Positions 12,012 through 21,239 of a stretch of 64,000 nt of DNA are shown here, piece after piece. Position 1 is the first letter of the stretch. Each line of letters begins with the position of its first letter. This stretch comes from an uncultured Planctomycetaceae bacterium. GTDB taxonomy: Bacteria > Planctomycetota > Planctomycetia > Planctomycetales > Planctomycetaceae. The stretch is from positions 224,001 through 288,000 of the forward strand of contig CAWFGE010000023.1 in assembly GCA_963815195.1 (NCBI GenBank), read 5' to 3'. A model generated the notes under the pieces. That model did no database searches. It was not told where the DNA came from and saw only the letters and a program-made list of their open reading frames with translations. Made by a program: the position numbers and the translations under genes.

Positions 12012-12139
12012 CGGGAAAATCACCTCAATCGGGTTTTCACTTCTTACCCGTTCCACTCAAAACGCCGTTGGATTCCGATCACTTCCCCATTTCGGAAAGG
12101 GCTGCACGATGTTGTTAAGGGATTGGCTCGATCCGCACT

Positions 12140-12228
12140 GGTGCCACTGGCAACTTGTTGCCAGTGTTTGCTTGATATTCGATCAATCACGCGTCAAAAG
12201 CACTGGCAGATAAGCCACCAGTGCCACC
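12140..12228. repeat. REP-like doublet, family C; partial copy at 10441-10465
   Basis: GTGCCACTGGCAACTTGTTGCCAGTG ... CACTGGCAGATAAGCCACCAGTGCCACC; GCCACTGGCAACTTGTTG also lies just past the RT stop. Confidence 0.7.
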
Positions 12229-12285
12229 ATTGCCACCCCGGCGCCGGCTTTACTTGCCTATTGAGATGTGTTTGTGCCAGTTTGA

Positions 12286-12690
12286 TCAATTGGCTGGCCG
12301 GATAATCTTGTGGTTTGCATTCAATTTCGGAACGCGTTGGCAAGAGGCCAATCCTTGAAACTGAATCGATTTGGACTCATGCCATTCCTTCAGCCAATCT
12401 TTGAGATCGTGCTCCCAAACCATTGGAAACCGTAACGCCATCGACCACAACGCGTTGTAATCAACTGTTCGTTTTGTGATGATTTCATTCCAAACGGCTT
12501 GACGGGCCTTATCGAGGTATCGTTCTCTCAACTGCACGTAATGAGACGAGGGTTCACCTTCCTCATCGAAGAACAGTTCACCCTGTCCCGTTTTTTTAAC
12601 CCGACGATTCTGTTGTGATTTCGCCCTGGCCGATTCCATATCTTTCATGGCCTTTTTCTCGGCCTTTTTGAATTCCTCAATCCCTTTCAA
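12286..12690 (-). pseudogene. 5'-truncated gene; resembles the C-terminus of three-Cys-motif partner (TcmP-like) proteins
   Basis: Starts abruptly at KGIEEFKKAEKKAM..RA..QQ.RR; lower GC; family assignment from memory only. Confidence 0.5.
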
Positions 12691-13645
12691 ATGCCCTCAA
12701 CTCCGACACGCTTTATCTTCTCGGCACCAACGTTGATAATGGATTTTATGAAGCGATGGTCAAGGTGGAAAACTCCTTGGGGGCCTCTGTGGAATCCTGC
12801 TTCCAAATCGATGTCGGCAACACGCCGCCGACGATTACGGTCGATGGAACGAGCGAGTCGATGGCCGGGGACGAGTATTCCATCGACATCTCCACGTCCG
12901 ACCTCGGGCCGGACACCGTCAGCTCCTTGAGCATCGACTGGGGCGATGGGACGGTTGACACCGCGGCAGCGGCAGGCGGGACTTTCACCCATGCTTATGA
13001 CACCGCCGATGGATACACCGTAACTGTCACCGCAACGGACGAGGACGGCAGCTATGACGCCGATCCGCATTACGTCATCGTTCACGGCACGGATCCCGTA
13101 ATCTTCTATGCCTTCGCAACGCTCATTGATTCGTCGACCGCCGAGGTTTCTGTTGAGGTGGACGATTATACCCAGACCTCCTTGGCACTCGATTGGGATC
13201 TCGACGCCGACGGGGTCTTTGACGACGCCACCGGCGACGCCGTGACAATCACCGCTGGCCAAGGGGTGTTTCCGGGAACCAACGGCGAGCCATTCCAGGC
13301 GAAATTAAGGGCCACGAACGGACTTGGCGGCGCGGCAAGTCAAGTTTTTGCATTCCAGCAGGGGGGCCAATTAAAGCCTGAACTTCAAGACATATTGACT
13401 TCTCTCACCAAAGTTGAGAATCGGTTCCAAATAACAGGAGCCAACCCGAAGGGTATTCCAACAACACTTAAATTTCCACCGAATTCAGATACGGTAGTAG
13501 TTACGGTAGTAGTTACGAATGCTCAATTGAAGTCATTGTTTAACAACATGATGGTGCTAGTAACTATGCACAACGGAGCATTTCTTGATGCCGGTTATTT
13601 AACTCAACAACCACCTACTCCAGTTGCTTTGATGGAGTATTTCAT

Positions 13646-15424
13646 CCCGGATTATTCACCAAAAAAGCTGAAAAAAGAAGGAACCATCGCGTGACCCCCT
13701 GCGTTTAAGTGTTATATGCAATCCCAACACCATACGGAGGAATCACGCGATGGGTGAAGTTCAGCCTAACATTTTCGAGCCCGATTTCAATCGTTCCATC
13801 AAGGTCAAGGCCGTCGATGGGCGGCTCACGTCACACTCCGGTGCCGTTCTGCTGCGGGACTTCGATCATCGGCTCGGACTCACCGAATCGCTCGCGGATC
13901 AACTGATCGATCCTCGCCAGCAAGACCGCGTCCGCTATCAAGGCGTCGAACTGCTGCGGGAAAGAATTTATGCCATGGCTCTGGGAGAGTCCGATCAGGA
14001 TGATCTCGACCGGCTCGCCCATGATCCCGCCATGAAGATGGCCGCCTGGGACCGGCCCGGCGAAGAAGTGCTCAACCAACGCCTGGCCAGCCAACCCACT
14101 CAGTCCCGGCTCATCGATTGGCTGGCCGACTGCAAGACGAATCTCGAGGCCGTGCGGAGCGCCTTGTTCGACTGGATCCATCGGCACATCAAAAGCACCG
14201 GCGACAGCGACCGCCGCGTCCGCTACGCCACCATCGACATCGACAGTTTCCCGATGCAGGTTTATGGCCAGCAGCCGGGGGCCCGCTATAACGGTTACTA
14301 TAAAGAGACGGTCTATCATCCGCTGGTCGCGAGTTTCTCGGTGGGCGGCGACTACGACGGCACGCGGGAAGGCCAGCGGCTGGGCAACGGCTTCATTCAT
14401 GCCATCCTGCGGCAAGGCAGCGTGCATACGGCCAATGGCATCCGGCGGTTTATTCGCAACGTGGTCGGCAAGGCCCGGCAACTGGCGTGGAGCTTCGACC
14501 TCCGGATCGATGCGGGTTTCATCGCCGGCCCGGTGTTGGATGAGTTGACCGACGAAAACATCCGTTTTTGCGGGAGAATCAAGAAGAACAACGTGCTGGA
14601 AGAGATGGCCGCGCCCTATCTGACACGTCCCGTAGGCCGGCCGCCCAAAGGGGGATATGAGGACGTGATCGAACTCGGAAAGTACCAAGCCGAGGGCTGG
14701 CGTCATCCGCAGCGGGTGATTCTGGTCATCGTCGACAAGCCGGAGGCGAAGACGGGCCAACTGGCTCTGTTTCCGCGTTACTTCTTCCTGATCACAAACT
14801 GGACCGAGGAGCAACGCTCGGCGGATGAGGTGTTGTCGCACTACCGCAAGCGCGGCACGTTCGAGGACCGGCTGGGCGAATTCAACGCGGTGATTGGCTG
14901 CCGTCTTTCGTCATCGGTGTTTGCGGAGAACGAAGTGACGTTGCTGTTGGGCCTGCTGGCGTTCAACCTGGCGTCGATGCTGCGGATCGAGTTCGAGGAC
15001 GAGTTGGGCGGTTGCTGGGACTTGCATCGTTTCCAGCAGTCGGTGCTGCGGACAGGAGCGCGGGTCGTGAAGCACTCCCGCCGCCTCGTGATTTACATTG
15101 AGGAAAGCGTGAGCGCGTTTTGGGCCGCGATGTCTTCCCGCATCCGATCGCTGCGTCTGGCCAACCTCTGGCCACGTCCGCGCGGAGCTCGCCCGCGGCC
15201 CTACACACCTCTCCCACGTCACGCCCATGAGCAACTGGTTCTTCGGGACTGAGCAGTTCGCCATCGTGGCATCCGCCTTTCTGTTTCTTTCCTTCACTCA
15301 CCCAACGATCGCCAGGCCCCAGGGGGGAAAGGGGGCGGTCCGCCCATCCTCCGCTCCCCAACCACCCGGTGCACTTTCCGCCACGGAAATACTCACCACG
15401 CACGGACCTGATGAATAATCCGGG
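13646..15424 (+). mobile_element. IS1380-family insertion sequence (1779 bp)
   Basis: Terminal IRs CCCGGATTATTCA / TGAATAATCCGGG; 5-bp TSD TTCAT at 13641-13645 and 15425-15429. Confidence 0.93.
13750..15252 (+). CDS. IS1380-family DDE transposase
   Basis: LTSHSGAVLL, LASQPTQSR, IDIDS, YNGYY..YHPL, RIDAGF, YRKRGTFE. Confidence 0.93.
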   Translation: MGEVQPNIFEPDFNRSIKVKAVDGRLTSHSGAVLLRDFDHRLGLTESLADQLIDPRQQDRVRYQGVELLRERIYAMALGESDQDDLDRLAHDPAMKMAAWDRPGEEVLNQRLASQPTQSRLIDWLADCKTNLEAVRSALFDWIHRHIKSTGDSDRRVRYATIDIDSFPMQVYGQQPGARYNGYYKETVYHPLVASFSVGGDYDGTREGQRLGNGFIHAILRQGSVHTANGIRRFIRNVVGKARQLAWSFDLRIDAGFIAGPVLDELTDENIRFCGRIKKNNVLEEMAAPYLTRPVGRPPKGGYEDVIELGKYQAEGWRHPQRVILVIVDKPEAKTGQLALFPRYFFLITNWTEEQRSADEVLSHYRKRGTFEDRLGEFNAVIGCRLSSSVFAENEVTLLLGLLAFNLASMLRIEFEDELGGCWDLHRFQQSVLRTGARVVKHSRRLVIYIEESVSAFWAAMSSRIRSLRLANLWPRPRGARPRPYTPLPRHAHEQLVLRD

Positions 15425-15752
15425 TTCATTCAATATCAGACAGAATGGGTAACAGAAGTTAAGAACGGTCAGAGACAAGACGTGGGGAGGACACCGTGGG
15501 CACCCGACGGCCCCGACCTTGCTGCGAACTCGACCCATCCTTTTGGATATATAAATCAGGAACTTATCCTCGGTGGTGCGTTAATGGATGACACTCCAGG
15601 TACGAGCTTAGTGTTAAAACGCGGCATCCATTTCAAAGGTGTCACCGGGCAGTGAAAACCGGCCACTTGTGGGCAGTTCAAAACCGGCCATTTGAGAGGA
15701 AAGGGATTCGTCATTCTGTTCTCCTGGGAGTTTTCTCAGAGGAGAACAAGCG

Positions 15753-17365
15753 ATGTCGAATCAGCTCCCGATGGACACGGTTCAAGCCATTCATGCCTTA
15801 CACGCCCAAGACTGGTCTCAGCGCAAGATTGCCCGCGAATTGGGCATTCACCGTTCGACGGTGGCGGCCCATCTCGCTTCAAAACCGGCCAAAGTGCCCA
15901 CCGGGTCCGAGGATTCAAAACCGGCCAAAGTGCCCACCGGGTCCGAGGCCCAACTGCCCACCGGGTCGGAGGGCCAACCGCCCGTCGAATTCGAGGATCT
16001 TCCTGAGGCCCTTGGAGAAGATTCTGAGAAGGAAGAGGCGGAACCTTCGCGGAGTCGCTGCGAGCCTTGGCGGGATGTGATTTTGGAGAAACTCGGCCAG
16101 GGTCTTTCCGCGCAGCGGATTTTCCAAGACCTGTCGAATGACCATGATTATGTGCATGGCTACGACAGCGTGAAACGCTTCGTGCGGCATTTGCGATCTT
16201 CGAAAGAGTTGCCGTTTCGGCGATTGGAATGCCAACCCGGCGCGGAAGCTCAAGTGGACTTTGGCCAAGCAGCGGCCGTCGTGGATGAGAACGGCCGTCG
16301 CCGCCGACCTCACGTGTTGCGCGTGGTGCTGAGCCACAGCCGCAAGGGTTACACGGAAGCGATCGAGAAACAGACCACCGATGGCTTCATCCGTTGTTTG
16401 GAGAGCGCGTTCTGGCATTTTGGGGGCGTGCCCAAGACGCTAATCATCGATAACTTGCGAGCCGCGGTGAGCAAGGCCGATTGGTTCGACCCGGAACTCA
16501 ATCCCAAGATTCAATCGTTCGCCGAGCATTACGGCACGGTGTTTTTGCCCACGCGGGTTCGCACGCCGAGGCACAAGGGCAAGGTGGAACGCGGCGTGGA
16601 CTACGCCCAAGAAAACGCACTCAAAGGGCGGACGTTTCAAAGCCTGCGCGAACAGAACGAACATCTTTGGAATTGGGAATCCACGGTGGCCGATACGCGG
16701 ATTCATGGAACGACCAGAGAGCAAGTGGGCCAGGCGTTTCGCGAGCGAGAACAGTCGGCGCTGTTGCCGTTGCCGCTCGAACGCTTTCCGTTTTTCCATG
16801 AAGCCGAACGGAGCGTGCATCGCGATGGGCACATCTCCGTGGAGAAGGCGTATTACTCCGTGCCGCCGGAATTCTTGGAAGGAAAGTTTGGGTTCGCTGG
16901 GATGCGCGGCTGGTGCGAATCTTCAATACCAAGCTGGAACAGATCGCCTTGCATCCCCGTCAAGAACCGGGAAAGTTCAGCACGCAGAACACCCATTTGC
17001 ACGCACAAAAAATCTCGGGTGTGGAACGCGGAGCCACTTGGTGGTTGGCGAAAGTCAGCGAAATCGGCCCGGAAACCAGGGATTGGGCCGCGGCCATGCT
17101 GGGAGCACGGGGCATTGAAGGCGTGCGGGTGTTGATGGGTCTGAAGCAACTCGCCGACAAGCATTCGCGTGAGGACATCGAACGCGCGTGTTGCACGGCC
17201 CACTCGTATGGAGCCTACCGTCTTCGCACCGTTCGCAAGCTGATCGATCGCAACGCCCCCGTGCAAGGACAGTTCGAGTTTTTGGACGAACACCCGGTCA
17301 TTCGGCCGTTGGTGAGTTATTCCGAGTTTGTGCAATCCGCTTTACGAAAGGAACAGAATCGATGA
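15753..17365 (+). CDS. istA: IS21 transposase IstA (frameshift near 16880)
   Basis: N-terminal HTH (SQRKIARELGIHRSTV), PGAEAQVDFG, FGGVP, DNLR, KGKVE, YSVP. Confidence 0.92.
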
Positions 17366-18337
17366 ATGGGAACTTAATGCAGATGCTGAAGCAACTCCGC
17401 TTGAGCGGTCTGATCGAATCGTTGGAAGTCAGGCTTCAAGAGGCCGTCGGCAACGGATTGTCGCATGCCGAATTTGGAGTTGGTGTTGAGCGATGAGTTG
17501 GCGATCCGTCGTCAACGGGCGATCGATCGGCGATTGAAGCAAGCCCAGTTCCGCGAGATGAAAACTCTCGATCAACTCGATTTTTCCTTCAACCCCACTC
17601 TCCCCAAACGCCGAATTATGGACCTGGCCACGGGACAGTTTATTCGCGAAGCGGCCGACATTTTACTGCTCGGTCCGCCGGGCACGGGAAAAAGCCACTG
17701 CTGCCAGGCAGTGGGTCGCAGTGCAATCAAAGCCGGCTTCACGGTGCTCTACCGTTCGATCTTCGATGTGGTCCGCGACTTCCTGCACGAGGCCGCGTTC
17801 GAGGGTGATGACAAAACGCTGATGCGCTACCTCAAGCCCGACCTGTTGATCATTGACGACATGGGCATGAAGCAACTCCCGAAGAGAAGCGGGGAATGCT
17901 TGTTCGAGATCATCCTTCGCCGGCACGAAGTCCGCAGCACGATGATGACCTCGAATCGACCGTTACAAGATTGGGGCAAGCTCATCGGCGATGTGCCCGC
18001 CGCGACCGCGATCTTGGATCGCTTCTTGGAGCATGCCGAGATCATCCAGATCACCGGCCAAAGCTACCGCCTTCGCAACCGAACGAAAGAGAAACTGGAC
18101 CAAGAGGACAAGGCTCAACAGGACGCCAAAACCGGCCAAGACGAGAAGCCCAGACGGGACGCCAAAACCGGCCAAAAGGAGACGGGGAATCAAAGCCCCA
18201 AAACCGGCCAAAGTGCCCACCGGGTCGAGCCCGAAGAATCCTCTGAGAAAAACTGCCCAGAAAATAAGCAAGCCAAACGGCAAAGGATCAGAAAAACCCA
18301 CCTGAGACTTGAGCCACCGAGGTCAAGCATCCGATAG
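17362..18337 (+). CDS. istB: IS21 helper ATPase IstB (frameshift near 17470)
   Basis: LKQLRLSG, Walker A GPPGTGKS, Walker B LLIIDD, TSNRP..DWG, AILDR, GQSYR. Confidence 0.92.
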
Positions 18338-18768
18338 CAAAACTGCCACCGACAGAAAGATTGTGCGACCAAGTCGCGTTACTAATCATTCACACCCCTG
18401 TCGGTTTTGAAGTGCCCACCCCTGGCCGGTTTTGAAGTGCCCGGTGACACAAAGGGGACCGAGTTGCCAACGGCATTAAGATCACTCTCATCAAAACCCC
18501 AAAACAAATCTACGATGGCAGCGCGTCTTACCAGGCTTTTGTTGCCAATCAACGAGAAGCTGGCCAAGACTTTCAAACATACATCGCACAAGCACGACGG
18601 CCGGGGTTCGGGGCGGCCTTTAGTATTCATCCTTATAGATACGTTGAATGGGGTTTCAAGCTGACTGGGACAGCGAACGGCTGGGACGTTACACTTACCG
18701 TTACACTTACCCAACCATCTGAACATGTGGGCAACGATCAGAATGTTTGGAACTTGTGAGGTAGTTCA

Positions 18769-19503
18769 ATGGTAGGTCTTTCAACATTAATTACTGCATT
18801 AGGTATTTGTTTTGGAACCATCTACTACACATGCCTGATTACGATGAATACAGACCGTGCGGTAACGCGGTGTGGGGGTTTAGCGATCGGTGGATCAATA
18901 TTACCGGACTGGATTTCAAGCCGTCTCGGTGCCATTAATGTTGTAAGGGAGATTCACTGTGCAAATGCCGACGCTATCCAGTTTCCGGAATCTAAAGCTA
19001 TTCTCCATGATCGTTGGATGTTTGGTGGGTCCGCCAGGATTTCCACGGAATTAGTCCAAGTCCTAGCGAAAAACGACCATCTGGATTACGTGCATCTGGA
19101 TTTCACGGAATTCAATGACTCACACCTGCAAATGCTGAGTGCTTCCGACAACATCACGCTGCTGGGCATCTGCGGGACGAAGTGCACGGATGACGGGATG
19201 AAGCATTTGCGGAAATATCGGCATTTGGAGAGCGTCTATCTCTGCGAATTGCCGATACGCGATGCCGGGGCGGCGGAGATTGCGAAGTGCAAGACGCTGA
19301 AATACGTCAACATCTACGAAACCTCGATCGGCCCCAAGGGGTTGGAGAAGCTGTTCGAGCTCCCCAAGTTGGAAACCCTCGTGGTCAGCGACAACGCCCC
19401 CTTCAAGGAGGAACTGTCCTGGTTGAAAAAGAAGCGGCCGAAAGTCAAGGTGGTGGAATTTAAAACCCAATATGACGCCGAAGGCAACAAGCGAGTGGAT
19501 TAG
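18769..19503 (+). CDS. Leucine-rich-repeat protein with N-terminal hydrophobic anchor (copy 1; candidate immunity protein)
   Basis: LxxLxLxxTxxTDxGxxxL-type repeats; starts 9 nt after the exoprotein stop with a GAGGT SD. Confidence 0.82.
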   Translation: MVGLSTLITALGICFGTIYYTCLITMNTDRAVTRCGGLAIGGSILPDWISSRLGAINVVREIHCANADAIQFPESKAILHDRWMFGGSARISTELVQVLAKNDHLDYVHLDFTEFNDSHLQMLSASDNITLLGICGTKCTDDGMKHLRKYRHLESVYLCELPIRDAGAAEIAKCKTLKYVNIYETSIGPKGLEKLFELPKLETLVVSDNAPFKEELSWLKKKRPKVKVVEFKTQYDAEGNKRVD

Positions 19504-19735
19504 GACTCGGACAGGCTTCATCGATCGGAGTGAGCCTGCCGCGAAGCTCACCCCGCGGTGGCGTCCAGGTAGCCTTTGGCGGCGAGGTTTTCCAGGCGGC
19601 TCAAGTACTCGGTTCTGGCTTCATCCGTCGAGTTGAAGCGGAGGTTTTGGGAACGCAACTCGTCCCCGGCCCGGCCCCAGCGGAGGCGGAGCTTGTGGCG
19701 GTCGAGGGTGATTTGAAAGACATCTTCGCCCGCGG
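19180..19735 (+). repeat. Direct repeat copy 1; near-identical to 20684-21239 (offset 1504 bp)
   Basis: Manual alignment shows about nine substitutions; covers LRR 3' half, intergenic hairpin and SWIM-gene 3' end. Confidence 0.95.
19548..19735 (-). pseudogene. Duplicated 3' fragment (WGR-like tail) of the SWIM gene
   Basis: AGEDVFQITLDRHKLRLRWGRAG...YLDATAG*; matches the end of 21052-22929 except for one residue. Confidence 0.92.
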
Positions 19736-20154
19736 CGGCCCAGAACCGAGCCGCCTGGGATGCCATCCTAAGAAATACGGCGGCCAGACGATTGGTGATG
19801 GGCTGGTAACTATGAGCGATGCGCTTGGGCAATATAAAACGCTTACAAAAGGTGTCGATTATTCGGAAACACGAGTGCCTGGAACAAACATAGTGCAATT
19901 CATGCTGATTAAGACTCCTCAGCAAATTTTTGCTGCCGACGATACCCACCAGTCTTACGCTAGTAATCAATTCGAGGTAAAACAGGACTTCCAGACCTAT
20001 TTGGTGAAACATATTGCCCCAGCGACGTTCATTCCGATCAAATACGTCGAATGGAGCTTTAAAGCCAGCGACAACGACGACTGGCTATAACATTACGATT
20101 CTTACGCAGCCTATGCAGCATAACGGCGCGGATAACAACGTTTGGAATCTATAA
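19736..20154 (+). pseudogene. Orphan diverged C-terminal cassette of the exoprotein (no start codon; frameshift near 20080)
   Basis: LIKTPQQIF..QDFQTY..YVEWSFK..LTQP..NVWNL* aligns with LIKTPKQIY..QDFQTY..YVEWGFK..LTQP..NVWNL* of 18456-18759. Confidence 0.88.
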
Positions 20155-20171
20155 TGCAGCGAGGTCGTGTC

Positions 20172-21007
20172 ATGACATCGAAAACATCCATTGCCACAAT
20201 CGGAATCTATTTAGGAGCGTTATTCTGTTTTACAATTCAGAATAACCAGGATATTGAGGATAAGGTTTACGAGTGCGGGGGCACCACGATTTCTGAACTT
20301 ATTATGCCCGCTCGGATCGTAAGCAGAGTTCCCGCTGCCCGTCTTTTGAACCCAATCAGGGAAATCCACTGTATAAATTCTGACGCAATCAGATTTCCGA
20401 TGCAGTCAAAGGTTGTTCTCCACGATCGTGATATAATTACGTTCCGCAAGGAAAAGAATGCGTATCTTTCCAAGGAACGACTCATAGCCTTGGAGGGGTT
20501 ATTCCACCAGCTTAATCCCTCACCCCAATGCGCAGCCCGTGTTTCCACGGAATTAATCAAAGTACTAGCGCGGAACGACCATCTGGATCATGTGCATGTG
20601 GATTTCACGGGTTCAACGACTCGCACCTGAAAACTCTGAGTGCGCTCCGATAATATCACCTGCAATTGGGCATCAGCGGGACAAAGTGCACGGATGACGG
20701 GATGAAGCATTTGCGGAAGTATCGGCATTTGGAGAGCGTCTATCTCTGCGAATTGCCGATACGCGATGCCGGGGCGGCGGAGATTGCGAAGTGCAAGACG
20801 CTGAAATACGTCAACATCTACGAAACCTCGATCGGCCCCAAGGGGTTGGAGAAGCTGTTCGAACTCCCCAAGTTGGAAACCCTCGTGGTCAGCGACAACG
20901 CCCCCTTCAAGGAGGCACTGTCCTGGTTGAAAAAGAAGCGGCCGAAAGTCAAGGTGGTGGAATTTAAAACCCAATATGACGCCGAAGGCAACAAGCGAGT
21001 GGATTAG
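20172..21007 (+). CDS. LRR protein copy 2 (frameshifted around 20610-20665)
   Basis: Paralog of 18769-19503 (REIHC.N.DAI.FP, STEL..VLA.NDHLD); diverged N-half with an insertion, near-identical C-half. Confidence 0.8.
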
Positions 21008-21239
21008 GACTCGGACAGGCTTCATCGATCGGAGTGAGCCTGCCGCGAAGCTCACCCCGCGGTGGCGTCCAGGTAGCCTTTGGCGGCGAGGGTTTCCAGG
21101 CGGCTCAAGTACTCGGTTCTGGCTTCATCCGTCGAGTTGAAGCGGAGGTTTTGGGAGCGGAGTTCGTCCCCGGCCCGGCCCCAGCGGAGGCGGAGTTTGT
21201 GGCGGTCGAGGGTGATTTGAAAGACATCTTCGCCCGCGG
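20684..21239 (+). repeat. Direct repeat copy 2
   Basis: See 19180-19735. Confidence 0.95.

Larger units (their letters stand above)
15640..18449 (+). mobile_element. IS21-family insertion sequence (2810 bp)
   Basis: TG...CA ends TGTCACCGGGCA / TGCCCGGTGACA with repeated AAAACCGGCCA boxes; 6-bp TSD CAAAGG at 15634-15639 and 18450-18455. Confidence 0.95.
12690..18759 (+). pseudogene. PKD/Ig-like exoprotein with variable low-GC C-terminal domain; 5'-truncated and interrupted by IS1380 and IS21 (segments 12690-13645, 15430-15639, 18456-18759)
   Basis: IDWGDG and WDLDADGVFDDATG PKD motifs; removing both IS plus one TSD each restores one frame (..MEYF|IQYQ..GIHFK|GDRV..NVWNL*). Confidence 0.88.

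Noticed and set aside
12140..12228. msr-msd upstream of the RT
   Set aside because: Looks like a generic REP doublet with a partial second copy; no flanking a1/a2 pair or msr stems found
16860..17480. Programmed frameshifting in IS21
   Set aside because: The breaks fall within conserved domains and resemble the window-wide indel noise
19530..20090. 186-aa ORF as a genuine gene
   Set aside because: Chimeric: the first ~70 codons are antisense SWIM tail and the rest is the orphan C-terminal cassette
10474..21239. Diversity-generating retroelement (RT plus a repeated segment)
   Set aside because: The RT has retron signatures (VTG, YADD); repeat differences are mostly synonymous and not adenine-restricted; the repeat spans two genes; the Avd-like gene is >20 kb away
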